NCBI GenBank assembly: GCA_965230895.1
Contig: OZ246394.1
Coordinates: 1,249,887-1,313,886 of the forward strand
Direction: 5' to 3'
From: an uncultured Gammaproteobacteria bacterium
GTDB lineage: Bacteria > Patescibacteriota > Microgenomatia > Levybacterales > UBA12049
Length of the DNA stretch: 64,000 nt
Shown piece after piece: positions 8,768-18,587 of this stretch. The translations under genes were made by a program, and so were the position numbers. A model generated the notes under the pieces. The model saw only the letters and a program-made list of their open reading frames with translations. It was not told the origin of the DNA and did no database searches. How positions within the stretch are numbered: the first letter of the stretch is position 1; each line of letters opens with the position of its first letter.

Positions 8768-9937
8768 TTACTTCTTTAGTGCTTCAATTCCAGGGAGTGT
8801 ACCATTCTCTATAAATTCCAACATTGCTCCTCCACCAGTAGAAATATGTGTAATCTTTTCTAAATATTCTTTCTTTGCAAGAGCTGCAAGTGTGTCTCCT
8901 CCTCCTACAACTGAAACAGCATTCTCGTTTTGTGTGATAGCGTAATAAAGGAAATCAGTTCCACGTTTGAATTCTTGGTTTTCTATGTATCCAACTGGGC
9001 CATTCCAAATAATTGTCTTCGCTTCATTGATAACTGCTCCAAAATCAGCTTGCGTTTCTGGTCCAATATCAAGTGCAAGATCTTTCGCTGATAGGTTTTC
9101 TACCTTTTTAACTTCACTTTCTTCGCTATCCAAGTCATCTCCAACGACAACATCTTGAGGGATTAGCAATTGCGTGTGTTCCTTTTTTGCATAATCTAAA
9201 AGTTCTTTCGCAAGCGCTACATCTTCTGAAGACACGAGACTCTTTCCTGTCTTTAATCCATCAGCGGCAAGGAATGTATTTGCTAGCCCTCCGCCCAAGA
9301 TGACATAATCTGCAACACTTGTCAGTTTTTTTATAACCTTTATCTTTGAAGATATCTTCTTCCCACCAATGATAGCTACAAATGGCTTTTGAGGATGCTT
9401 CATTACTTTATCTAAAATACTTACTTCTTTTTTAAGAAGAAGTCCACCATATGCAGGCAGAACGGTTGGGAGTCCAACAACTGAAACTGATTTTCTATGC
9501 GACACGCCAAACCCATCATTTACGTAAGCATCCCCGTATGACGCAAGTTGTTGGAGGAATTCTGGATCATTACCTTTTTCTCCAGGATAGAAGCGTATAT
9601 TCTCAAGCAACACAATTTCATTTTCCTTTTGATCTTTTAATTGGGAATCATCATTTTGGAAGTCATCAACTAAAACTACTTTATAATCAGGCAGATATTG
9701 ATGAAGGCGTTTTGCCACAGGGGCAAGGGAATCTGCTGAACTTCGTTTCTCCGGGTCACCGAGGTGCGCCATAAGGATAAGCTTATTTTGCTTTTTAAGA
9801 AGGTGTTCGATTGTCGGGATTGATTGCTTAATTCTGACGTCATCCGCGATGGAGTGGTTTGGATTTAACGTGACATTGAAGTCTACTCGAAGAAGAATTC
9901 TTTTATTAGATAAATTAACCTCATCAATATACTTCAT
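8768..9937 (-). CDS. pgk: Phosphoglycerate kinase
   Basis: N-terminus reads MKYIDEVNLSNKRILLRVDFNV and the C-terminus reads TGGGAMLEFIENGTLPGIEAL. Both are PGK signatures. Confidence 0.9.
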   Translation of the reverse strand: MKYIDEVNLSNKRILLRVDFNVTLNPNHSIADDVRIKQSIPTIEHLLKKQNKLILMAHLGDPEKRSSADSLAPVAKRLHQYLPDYKVVLVDDFQNDDSQLKDQKENEIVLLENIRFYPGEKGNDPEFLQQLASYGDAYVNDGFGVSHRKSVSVVGLPTVLPAYGGLLLKKEVSILDKVMKHPQKPFVAIIGGKKISSKIKVIKKLTSVADYVILGGGLANTFLAADGLKTGKSLVSSEDVALAKELLDYAKKEHTQLLIPQDVVVGDDLDSEESEVKKVENLSAKDLALDIGPETQADFGAVINEAKTIIWNGPVGYIENQEFKRGTDFLYYAITQNENAVSVVGGGDTLAALAKKEYLEKITHISTGGGAMLEFIENGTLPGIEALKK

Positions 9938-10025
9938 ATAATTCTCATCTACAGTATAGCATTATTTGTGCATTTGCAAGCCCTTAAGATTTGCTAATTT
10001 TCTCTAAAATAGCTACAATACACCC

Positions 10026-11333
10026 ATGAACGCATCGGTTCTAGAAGCTTCATATCCAATTACGTTTCAGCAGAAAGAAGCAGAAAAGCTGGGCGAGTAT
10101 TTGCGCCAACGCCAATCTGTAAACCTTATCGGTATGAAACGTGTCGGGATCAGTAATTTTCTTCGCTTTTTTCTCAATCACACAGATATTATTCCTACTT
10201 ACATCAGTAAAAACGAGCACCATTTATTCATCCCCGTTGACCTCAATGACCTCGTAGAACAAGAGATTTATCCGTTCTGGACGTTGACCCTTAAACGGAT
10301 TGTTGATGTCTCTGCGCAATCAGATTTAGCTCCCGAAGTGAAAGAGAAGATTAATGAGCTGTTTTTAAAGAGTATTCAGTTTCAGGACTTATTTATTGTT
10401 ATTGATAATATTCGTCATGCCTTGGTCTTAATAGGTGAAAGCGGAATGTATCCCACAATCTTCTTCCTAAGATTCGATCGACTTAAGGATAAATTTAATT
10501 CATCATTTTTTGATAATCTTCAAGGTTTGCGTGATGCAACGAATGAAAATTTGACATATGTCTTTACAAGCTACCGAAGTCTCATGAGTATTTTCCCTGG
10601 AGCGCGAGCGAATCTTTCTGTCTTTTCTCAAACCATGTTTGCTAAGCCTGCAAGTGATAGTGATATGAGGGTTGTATATGATGCGTACAGACAGCGGTAT
10701 AAGTTGGCTTTGCAGCCACCAGTTGAACAAGCTTTCTTTGAAGCAATAGGTGGATATATGCAGTATCTTCAACTTGGTTTGATTCATCTTAATGAAGTTC
10801 AGAGAAAGAAATTGCAATCAAAAGAAGATATTATGCATACACTTCTTTCTGACGAGCGGATTATGCTTCAATCTGAAGAGTTATGGGAAAGCCTTTTTCT
10901 TGAGGAGCAAAAGGTGCTTTCTCAAGTTGTGAAGAAGCAATCTCTCAGTGATGAGGATCGGGAGAAAGGGAAGTATCTTTGGGAAACAGGATTCCTCTTT
11001 GAAGAAAGGGGAGGCCTTCGTGTCTTTAGTCCATTGTTTGAGGCTTTTATCCTTCAACTTGAGGAAGAAGAAACAAAAAAGAAGAAAACAGCACATCTTA
11101 CGAAGAAAGAGCATTTACTTTTTACGCTCCTTAAGGAGCAAATGGGAGAGATTGTTGAGCGTGAAAATATTGTTGAAGTTGTGTGGCCGGAATCGCAAGA
11201 ATTTGGAGTTTCAGACTGGGCAATAGACCGGTTGGTTGCGAGGGTCCGTTTAAAACTTCGCGATCAAGATACACGTTATGAAATCCAAACCATACGCACA
11301 CGCGGCTATAAATTAACTCCCCTTAAAGATTAA
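10026..11333 (+). CDS. Transcriptional regulator: N-terminal ATPase-like domain (degenerate P-loop) plus C-terminal OmpR/PhoB-type winged helix
   Basis: The C-terminal ~100 aa (LTKKEHLLFTLL...VVWPE...DRLVARVRLKL...IRTRGYKL) matches trans_reg_C. The N-terminus has a Walker-A-like LIGMKRVGIS with Lys replaced, and a Walker-B-like LFIVIDN. Confidence 0.5.
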   Translation: MNASVLEASYPITFQQKEAEKLGEYLRQRQSVNLIGMKRVGISNFLRFFLNHTDIIPTYISKNEHHLFIPVDLNDLVEQEIYPFWTLTLKRIVDVSAQSDLAPEVKEKINELFLKSIQFQDLFIVIDNIRHALVLIGESGMYPTIFFLRFDRLKDKFNSSFFDNLQGLRDATNENLTYVFTSYRSLMSIFPGARANLSVFSQTMFAKPASDSDMRVVYDAYRQRYKLALQPPVEQAFFEAIGGYMQYLQLGLIHLNEVQRKKLQSKEDIMHTLLSDERIMLQSEELWESLFLEEQKVLSQVVKKQSLSDEDREKGKYLWETGFLFEERGGLRVFSPLFEAFILQLEEEETKKKKTAHLTKKEHLLFTLLKEQMGEIVERENIVEVVWPESQEFGVSDWAIDRLVARVRLKLRDQDTRYEIQTIRTRGYKLTPLKD

Positions 11334-11373
11334 CTTATTTCTTCGAGTCTCTAACCGTGTTATAATTAGCCTC

Positions 11374-13650
11374 ATGGACAAGGTGTACAACCATAAAGAA
11401 TTTGAAGAAAATATCTATAAGCTTTGGGAAGAGCGAGGCTACTTTAAGCCAGAAGTTAATCCTGATGGAGAGCCTTATACAATTATTCTTCCACCTCCGA
11501 ATGCTAATGGTGATCTTCATTTCGGTCATGCAATGTTTGTCATTGAAGATATCCTCATTCGACATCATCGTATGAAAGGTTATTCTGCTCTATGGCTCCC
11601 GGGTTCTGATCATGCAGGGACTGAAACGCAATTCGTTTTTGAAAAAAAACTGCAGGAGCTTGGTAAATCGCGTTTAGATTATGCACGAAATGATCTTTAT
11701 CAGATGATCTGGGATTACGTTCAAGAGAATAGGGGAGGAATTGATAAACAACTCAAGCGATTAGGCTTTTCCTTAGATTGGTCTCGCTCCAAATTTACAT
11801 TGGATCCTGATATCGTACAGATAGTGAAACAAACATTTCGTCAAATGCATAAGGATAGGTTAGTGTATAGAGATTATCGTTTGGTCAACTATTGCACAAG
11901 AGATGGCACGTCATTCTCAGATCTTGAGGTTGTCCACGATGAGCGCCCAAATCCTTTGTATTACATCAAATATGGACCGTTAACATTAGCTACGACTCGT
12001 CCTGAAACAAAATTTGGAGATACTGCTGTTGCTGTGAACCCAGAAGATGATCGGTATAAAGAATATGTAGGCAAAGAGATTGAGATTGAAACTGTGCTTG
12101 GCAAAGCAAAAATTAAAGTAGTTGCTGATGAATCAGTTGATCCGAAGTTTGGAACTGGAGTTGTGAAGATCACTCCTGCACATGATTTTAATGATTTTGA
12201 AACGGGGAAACGCCACAATCTTGAGATGCGTCAGGTTATTGGTTTTGATGGCAAAATGAATCACCATGCAGGTAAGTTTGAAGGCCTTTATGTAAAGCAA
12301 GCTCGTAAAGCTATTGTGGAAGAAATGCAAGAAAAGGGACTTCTCGTAAAGGTGGACGAGAACTATGTCTCTCGAATAGGTGTCTGCTATAAATGCAAAA
12401 CCGTGCTTGAGCCACTTCCACTCGAACAATGGTACATTAAAGTTAAACCGTTGATTGAGAATGCTAATAAATCTGTAGATAAAGGCTTTGTGAAGATTTA
12501 TCCTGGTAATTACACTAATATACTTAAGCAATGGTACGCTGGGCTGCGGGATTGGAATATCTCTCGCCAAAATGTCTGGGGAATCCAGATCCCGGTTTGG
12601 TATGAAGTTTTAGATGAAAGTGCCTTTACGGTCTCTTTTATAAATACAAAAAAAGAACCGCAGCAAGGTAACTTAAAAGAACTTCTGAAAGATCATTCGT
12701 GGGAGGAGATCGAAGCTGGATTACAAAAGGTTGTGGCTCCAATCACAGCAAATGTTGTTTTTGAAGATGAAAAGGAGGAAGGGAAGCATTACCTTCCTGA
12801 AACAGACACATTTGATACGTGGTTCTCTTCAGGACAGTGGCCGTATGTCACATTAAAAACGTCTCACCCAGGCGATTTTGAGAAATTTTATCCAACTTCA
12901 GTGATGGAAACAGGATATGACATCCTTCGAGCTTGGGTCTCAAGAATGCTTCTTTTGGGACTATATGTAGCAAATGGTAAACATGAGACAAATGAGGCTA
13001 AACTCAAGGAAACAGTTCCATTTAAAGATGTTGTCCTGCATGGCTTGGTCAATGATCCTTTAGGGAAGAAGATGAGTAAATCGAAGGGCAATGTTGTTAA
13101 TCCTTTGCAGGTTGCCGATGAATATGGCGCAGATGCCGTCCGTATGGCGTTAGTTTACGGTACAGCCCTTGGAAATGATCAAGCTATGTCATATGCCAAA
13201 CTTGATGCAATGCGCAAGTTTACGAACAAGATTTGGAATATGGCGCGTTTCATTGAAATGAAACGAGAAGATGGAGGATTCTCATATGACGATAGCCTCC
13301 TTGAGCTGCAGAATCTCCAAAATCAGACTTTACACGACAATGATTCCGAATGGGTTGAGAAGGCTGCCGCATTCGTTTCAGAGCTCGATAAATATTTAAA
13401 TTCGTATCAATTTAATCTTGCTGCAGAGCGTCTTTATGAGTTTATCTGGCATGAGTTCGCTGATAAATACATAGAAGATGTAAAGAACAGAATAGATGTC
13501 AGCTCATTTAGTGTTCTCAGCTCTTTATTTATTGTTCAGTTAAAGCTGCTCCATCCTTTCATGCCATTTTTAACAGAGGCAATATTTCAGAAGCTAATAG
13601 GGGAGACAAAATCAATTATGATTGCATCTTGGCCTTCAAAAACCTCTTAA
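11374..13650 (+). CDS. valS: Valyl-tRNA synthetase (compact form, no C-terminal coiled coil)
   Basis: PPPNANGDLHFGHA (HIGH) and KMSKSKGN (KMSKS) are present. LWLPGSDHAGTETQ is typical of ValRS. An extended -10 TGTTATAAT lies 7 nt upstream of the ATG. Confidence 0.85.
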   Translation: MDKVYNHKEFEENIYKLWEERGYFKPEVNPDGEPYTIILPPPNANGDLHFGHAMFVIEDILIRHHRMKGYSALWLPGSDHAGTETQFVFEKKLQELGKSRLDYARNDLYQMIWDYVQENRGGIDKQLKRLGFSLDWSRSKFTLDPDIVQIVKQTFRQMHKDRLVYRDYRLVNYCTRDGTSFSDLEVVHDERPNPLYYIKYGPLTLATTRPETKFGDTAVAVNPEDDRYKEYVGKEIEIETVLGKAKIKVVADESVDPKFGTGVVKITPAHDFNDFETGKRHNLEMRQVIGFDGKMNHHAGKFEGLYVKQARKAIVEEMQEKGLLVKVDENYVSRIGVCYKCKTVLEPLPLEQWYIKVKPLIENANKSVDKGFVKIYPGNYTNILKQWYAGLRDWNISRQNVWGIQIPVWYEVLDESAFTVSFINTKKEPQQGNLKELLKDHSWEEIEAGLQKVVAPITANVVFEDEKEEGKHYLPETDTFDTWFSSGQWPYVTLKTSHPGDFEKFYPTSVMETGYDILRAWVSRMLLLGLYVANGKHETNEAKLKETVPFKDVVLHGLVNDPLGKKMSKSKGNVVNPLQVADEYGADAVRMALVYGTALGNDQAMSYAKLDAMRKFTNKIWNMARFIEMKREDGGFSYDDSLLELQNLQNQTLHDNDSEWVEKAAAFVSELDKYLNSYQFNLAAERLYEFIWHEFADKYIEDVKNRIDVSSFSVLSSLFIVQLKLLHPFMPFLTEAIFQKLIGETKSIMIASWPSKTS

Positions 13651-13692
13651 CTAGACAGATTTTGCTCTATGTGATAGAGTCAAATTCGACAA

Positions 13693-14115
13693 ATGAAACA
13701 TAAAATAACTGAAACAGCAACTAAAGCTATTGCTTTATTCCCGAGGAATATCCGATCTATTACCGATTTTCAATTTTCAAAAACGAATAGCCAGCACTTG
13801 AAAGTTGGCATTGTAAGCTCGTTATCCCTTTTTCTTTTAGCTTTAATCTTCCTTCAAGGAGTTACTCTTTGGTACAACATGCAACAGCGAGAAGTGTATA
13901 CTGATGAACGTGTCCATATCGAAAAAGAAATTGCTTATTGGGAGGCAATTGCGGACAAATATCAAGGCTACAGAGATGTATATTATAGAATTGCTTCTCT
14001 TCAATATAAAGTGGGGAACGTTGCAGCTTCGCAAGAATATGTTAAAAAAGCTTTAGAGTTGGATCCTAATTTCCCAGAGGGACATGTACTCGGAGCAAAA
14101 GTGGGGTTAGAATAA
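13693..14115 (+). CDS. Small membrane-anchored TPR-like protein
   Basis: One predicted TM helix followed by a TPR-like helix pair (YYRIASLQYKVGNVAASQEYVKKALELDPNFPEGH). Confidence 0.35.
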   Translation: MKHKITETATKAIALFPRNIRSITDFQFSKTNSQHLKVGIVSSLSLFLLALIFLQGVTLWYNMQQREVYTDERVHIEKEIAYWEAIADKYQGYRDVYYRIASLQYKVGNVAASQEYVKKALELDPNFPEGHVLGAKVGLE

Positions 14116-14814
14116 TTATTCTTTTTTCTCTTCAGCATCTTCAGCTGGAGCTTCAGATGAACTTTCTTCGCTTGATTCGCCTTCTTTAATTTCGCCTTCT
14201 TCTCCTTCAGCTGTTTCACCTTCAGCACCTTCTTCTGCTTCAGGCTCTGGTTCCTCTTCAATAACTAATTCATTAATCTTAACAACTGTTTGAGAAGGAT
14301 CAGTGAGGATTGTTACATCATCTGATACTTTAAGATCACCAACAGTTATTTGATCTCCAACAGCAGCAAGTTCTTCAACATTGATCTCAACATTCTCAGG
14401 AAGATTTGCTGGTAATGCTTCAACCTCAACTTCATTTGTACTTTGGAGCATAATTCCTGCTTTTTCAGTAACAGCTTGAGCTTCACCTGTTACAACGACA
14501 GGGATCATAGCTTTAACCTTAACCTTCAAATTAACTTGGTAGAAATCTACATGAAGAGGAAAGTCGAGATCAAAATTCTTGTGCATGCTCTTAACCAAAA
14601 CTGGCTTTGTCTTTCCATCAAAAGTAAGATCAATTAAACCTGTATCACCAGCTTCTTTGTATACTTTTTGAAAGTCAGAAAGCTTTACTTGGATAGACTT
14701 TGATTCGAGGCCTTTACCATAAACATTTGCAGGAAGAATACCTTCTCGGCGGAGTTTTTTAACCTTTTTTCCCAATACTGTTCTTGATTCAGCATTTAGC
14801 TGTGGGTTTTTCAT
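14116..14814 (-). CDS. rplY: 50S ribosomal protein L25/general stress protein Ctc with a long acidic C-terminal tail
   Basis: MKNPQLNAESRTVLGKKVKKLRREGILPANVYGKG is the L25 N-terminal signature. The start was re-set to the internal ATG at 14814. About 60 aa of Glu/Gly/Ala/Ser-rich tail. Confidence 0.8.
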   Translation of the reverse strand: MKNPQLNAESRTVLGKKVKKLRREGILPANVYGKGLESKSIQVKLSDFQKVYKEAGDTGLIDLTFDGKTKPVLVKSMHKNFDLDFPLHVDFYQVNLKVKVKAMIPVVVTGEAQAVTEKAGIMLQSTNEVEVEALPANLPENVEINVEELAAVGDQITVGDLKVSDDVTILTDPSQTVVKINELVIEEEPEPEAEEGAEGETAEGEEGEIKEGESSEESSSEAPAEDAEEKKE

Positions 14815-14928
14815 AATAGTTATTCTATAACAACTTGTATTGTTATACAAGAGTCGAAAGAAGTGTAACAAATATCGTCTACCATGTCAAACTATGGGGT
14901 CGTTTGTTTCCTGTATAATGGAGAAGAT

Positions 14929-15405
14929 ATGCGTATTTTAGGTATAGATCCTGGTGTGGGTCGAATGGGTTGGGGAGTTGTTGACGTCCAAGGCGGGAAG
15001 GTCAAAGCTATCGATTATGGATGCCTTGAGACTCCCAAAGAACACGCATTAGAGCAGAGGATAGAATCACTCTACAATACTGTTATCCAAATAATTCACG
15101 CACATAAACCTGAAGCTCTGGCAATTGAGTCGTTATTCTTTAATAAGAATGTAACAACAGCGATAGCAGTGGGGCAGGCGAGGGGAGTCGTTCTTCTTGC
15201 TGCAGCACAAAATAAATTGCCGATAACTTCGTATACTCCACAACAAGTGAAATCAGGAATCACTGGCTACGGTAAAGCAGATAAGCTTCAAGTAGGGAAT
15301 ATGATAAAAATGGTTTTGCATTTACAGAGCATCCCAAAACCTGATGATACCGCTGATGCCTTAGCTATTGCAGTGACGCATGCGTTTTCATATAAAATGA
15401 AATAA
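14929..15405 (+). CDS. ruvC: Holliday junction resolvase RuvC
   Basis: MRILGIDPGVGRMGWGVV contains the catalytic Asp at the RuvC N-terminus. The start was set at the ATG at 14929. Confidence 0.85.
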   Translation: MRILGIDPGVGRMGWGVVDVQGGKVKAIDYGCLETPKEHALEQRIESLYNTVIQIIHAHKPEALAIESLFFNKNVTTAIAVGQARGVVLLAAAQNKLPITSYTPQQVKSGITGYGKADKLQVGNMIKMVLHLQSIPKPDDTADALAIAVTHAFSYKMK

Positions 15406-15407
15406 AT

Positions 15408-16001
15408 ATGTTTGATCTTGGGTTTTTGCTTCAAATTGCTGCAATCATACTTCTTATCATTTGGAGGTTTTATTGGCATGTTACTGAACAATCTACGGAA
15501 CGATCCAAACCTAAAACGAAAGAGTCTTACTCGTTTTTCCATAAGAAGAATTTAAGCAAAATACTGACAATTGGTGCGTTCATTCCTGTAACTTTCCAAC
15601 TTTTAGGTCTTTCTTTATTCCCTTTTACAACCGAGTATGCATTGCTGCAGCTCGCCGGATTTGGAATCGTTCTCGTAGGATGGCTAATTGCAATAAGAGG
15701 GAGATATGATCTTGGGACAAATTGGGCAAGAAGTTATGACTATCAGGTAAAAGAGAAGCAAGAACTTGTTACCTCAGGAATTTATAAATATATCCGACAT
15801 CCGATTTATAGTGGCATTGCACTTATGTTCATTGGGTCTGAATTGATAGTCCAAAGCTATATGGTCATCGTTTATATTTTGCTTTATATAGGAGCTTATA
15901 TTCAAGCATCATGGGAAGAAAAATTGCTCATAAAACATTTTGGTCAGAAGTATATTAACTATATGAAAAGCTCAAAACGCTTTATTCCATGGATTGTTTA
16001 G
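15408..16001 (+). CDS. Isoprenylcysteine carboxyl methyltransferase (ICMT/PEMT)-family membrane methyltransferase
   Basis: 4-5 TM helices and YKYIRHPIYSGIALMFIG, the RHPxY-hyd-G signature of ICMT/PEMT. Confidence 0.6.
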   Translation: MFDLGFLLQIAAIILLIIWRFYWHVTEQSTERSKPKTKESYSFFHKKNLSKILTIGAFIPVTFQLLGLSLFPFTTEYALLQLAGFGIVLVGWLIAIRGRYDLGTNWARSYDYQVKEKQELVTSGIYKYIRHPIYSGIALMFIGSELIVQSYMVIVYILLYIGAYIQASWEEKLLIKHFGQKYINYMKSSKRFIPWIV

Positions 16002-16897
16002 CGAAATAAGGAAGCAAATAGTTCCATTAATAATCGGAAGAATTGAAGTAGCAACTCAATAAATCCACCTTGATTTCCTCCACCTCCTCCAGGGTTTTCG
16101 ATATCATATCCAGGGGTTGGCTCGATTGTTGGGGAGGTATCAATACCATCAATTGGAGAAATGCTAGGGCTATTTGTGATATCTGGATCTCCAGTCGGTA
16201 CACTAGTTACAGAAGGTGCTATTGTCGGACATGATCCAAGACAACCTGGATTGGGGACGGTCGGATTTGCAGTAGGTTGGATAGGGAGGCTAATTGTCGG
16301 CTGTATGCCTGACCCCACATCATCTTTTGCAAAATCTTGCGTCCAATATGATCCACTTTTTGCAATCCCAGTATAAACAAGTTCTGGGTCAAGCATATTT
16401 TCATTATGTCCAGGTGATTCTTTCCATTGATTAAATATTGTTGTGGCATCACTTGCAGTGTTCATCGCAATGTTCTCTGCATCGTACGAAGATCCACACT
16501 CGGCTGCTCTTTGAGCTGGTGTTCGATTGAGAGAATCTGTGTGCTCAAGGTAATTCTTTGCAGACATGTCTTTACTAAGCCAAGCTGCCATACGATTAAG
16601 ATTTTCTGAAGCGATAAGTACAGGCAAATTATTTTGTTGTCGATATGTATTTACAAGGTCGAGAAGTTTTGTTTCTTCACTGTCGAGAAAATAATCTTCA
16701 GCCGCCACCTGACAGCTTGCTAGTTGTGCTCTGCTTCTGATGTCCTGACTCTTTTGTAACTCGTTTACGACTACAAACAGGATTAATAGCAAAAGTATGA
16801 CAGAAGAGGCCACTATAGCAGAATATTGTTTAAACCATGGTGTTTTCTTAGAGAGGGATCTTTTTGTCGGTTTTTTTATATGCTTCGGCTTAGCCAT
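15998..16897 (-). CDS. Membrane-anchored CAP (CRISP/Ag5/PR-1, YkwD-like) domain protein with Pro/Thr-rich and Gly-rich C-terminus
   Basis: NQWKESPGHNENMLDPELVYTGIA and LVNTYRQQNNLPVL are CAP-domain motifs. N-terminal TM helix. C-terminal PT-rich linker plus GGGGGNQGG. Confidence 0.65.
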   Translation of the reverse strand: MAKPKHIKKPTKRSLSKKTPWFKQYSAIVASSVILLLLILFVVVNELQKSQDIRSRAQLASCQVAAEDYFLDSEETKLLDLVNTYRQQNNLPVLIASENLNRMAAWLSKDMSAKNYLEHTDSLNRTPAQRAAECGSSYDAENIAMNTASDATTIFNQWKESPGHNENMLDPELVYTGIAKSGSYWTQDFAKDDVGSGIQPTISLPIQPTANPTVPNPGCLGSCPTIAPSVTSVPTGDPDITNSPSISPIDGIDTSPTIEPTPGYDIENPGGGGGNQGGFIELLLQFFRLLMELFASLFR

Positions 16898-16971
16898 ATC
16901 TCTATTATGTAAAGATTCTCCATGCGTTGTAAACAGGTAATTCTCTGTTATAATCGTGGTACTTTCTGCCT

Positions 16972-17547
16972 ATGATAGGAACACTTAAAGGAATAATTGA
17001 ATATAGAGAAGACCCTGCGCTTATTGTCGATGTTCATGGCGTGGGATATCGAGTCTTTGTCCCAACTTCTGTACTTTCTCAAGTCAACGGAACTGGCTCT
17101 GAAATAAAATTGTTTACACATACTCATGTCCGTGAAGATCTGCTTGAACTTTACGGATTCACTGATCCTTCTGACCTCAAACTTTTTGAATACCTTATCG
17201 GTGTCTCAGGTGTTGGTTGCAGAACTGCGCTTGGTATTTTCTCCGTTGGATCTAAAAGTGCAATTATCCAGGCAATTAGTAAAGGCGATGTTGCTTTCTT
17301 TACTTCAGTTCCTCGGCTTGGAAAGAAAAATGGACAGAAGATCATTATTGAATTGAAGAATAAAATCGGCGCAACGGGAGATCTTGATCTCTCTTCATCT
17401 GCTGATGGCGATCCGGAATTGTTAGCAGCCTTGAAAACATTTGGTTTCTCAGCATCTGAAGCGCAAGATGCTATTCAAGCTTTAAATGGTAAAGGTGAGA
17501 CCGTTGAGGAAAAGGTCCGTTTGGCATTAAAGTATTTAGGAAAATAA
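16972..17547 (+). CDS. ruvA: Holliday junction DNA helicase RuvA
   Basis: MIGTLKGII...[13 protein letters not shown] is the RuvA OB-fold start, followed by HhH domains and a C-terminal domain III. Promoter-like TTGTAA-16-TGtTATAAT upstream. Confidence 0.85.
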   Translation: MIGTLKGIIEYREDPALIVDVHGVGYRVFVPTSVLSQVNGTGSEIKLFTHTHVREDLLELYGFTDPSDLKLFEYLIGVSGVGCRTALGIFSVGSKSAIIQAISKGDVAFFTSVPRLGKKNGQKIIIELKNKIGATGDLDLSSSADGDPELLAALKTFGFSASEAQDAIQALNGKGETVEEKVRLALKYLGK

Positions 17548-17548
17548 T

Positions 17549-18577
17549 ATGGACAATCCAACAATTATTAAAGAGGAAACTGCAACTCCTGAAGAAGAGG
17601 TGATGTTTACATCACTTCGGGCTGGTTCTTGGTCCGAATTTCATGGACAAAGTGGTGTAAAGCAATCACTCCAAATCGCAATTGAAGCTGCAACAAAGCG
17701 TGAAGAGGCAATAGAGCATATCTTGCTTTATGGTCCTCCAGGGCTTGGCAAAACTTCACTTGCTCATATTGTTGCGAAAGAAATGAAAGCAAACATCCGT
17801 GTTACTACTGGTCCAGCTCTAGAAAGGGCAGGGGATTTGGCTTCAATTTTAACGAATCTTGAAAAAGGCGATATCCTTTTTATTGACGAAATTCACCGTT
17901 TAAACAAGTCGGTTGAAGAGACGATGTATCCCGCGATGGAGGATTACGCCCTGGATATTGTTCTTGGGAAAGGACCTTCAGCGAGAACGATGCGGTTGGA
18001 TTTACCGCAATTTACTATCATCGGAGCCACTACCAGAGCGGGCATGTTGTCTGCACCATTGCGTGACCGATTTGGAGTTGTCCATCGTTTAAACTTTTAT
18101 GAACCAAAGGAACTTGGGAAGATTATTCATGGTGCAGCAAAGAAGCTAAATATAGAAGTGGACGTTGAAAGTATTGAAGAAATTGCAAGGAGAGCTCGAG
18201 GCACTCCTCGTATTGCTTTAAAGATTCTAAAGCGTGTTCGTGACTATGCTCAAGTTAAAGGGAAAGGGCATATTGATAAGCGAGCAACAGATCAAGCCTT
18301 GGCTATGTTAGAGGTTGATGAGAAGGGTCTTGACCATTTGGACATTAAATTCCTCAAAGCCATCATAGAGAAGCACTCAGGCGGTCCAGTGGGTATCGAA
18401 ACAATTGCTGCAACGATATCTGAAGATAGCGGGACATTAGAAGATTTGGTTGAACCATATCTCCTTCAATTAGGGTTTCTCAAAAGGACATCCCGAGGGA
18501 GAGTCGCGACACCCGCAGCGTATATGCATATTGGTTTGATACATCCCGATAAGGGAGAACAAGACAAACTCCTATGA
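17549..18577 (+). CDS. ruvB: Holliday junction DNA helicase RuvB
   Basis: [18 protein letters not shown] (Walker A), DEIHRL (Walker B) and sensor motifs. Confidence 0.92.
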   Translation: MDNPTIIKEETATPEEEVMFTSLRAGSWSEFHGQSGVKQSLQIAIEAATKREEAIEHILLYGPPGLGKTSLAHIVAKEMKANIRVTTGPALERAGDLASILTNLEKGDILFIDEIHRLNKSVEETMYPAMEDYALDIVLGKGPSARTMRLDLPQFTIIGATTRAGMLSAPLRDRFGVVHRLNFYEPKELGKIIHGAAKKLNIEVDVESIEEIARRARGTPRIALKILKRVRDYAQVKGKGHIDKRATDQALAMLEVDEKGLDHLDIKFLKAIIEKHSGGPVGIETIAATISEDSGTLEDLVEPYLLQLGFLKRTSRGRVATPAAYMHIGLIHPDKGEQDKLL

Positions 18578-18587
18578 TATTATTGAA

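Noticed and set aside
14109-14122. AT-only palindrome AGAATAATTATTCT spanning the two convergent stop codons of the TPR gene and rplY
   Set aside because: A pure A/T stem is too weak to call a bidirectional terminator. Probably coincidental with the back-to-back TAA stops.
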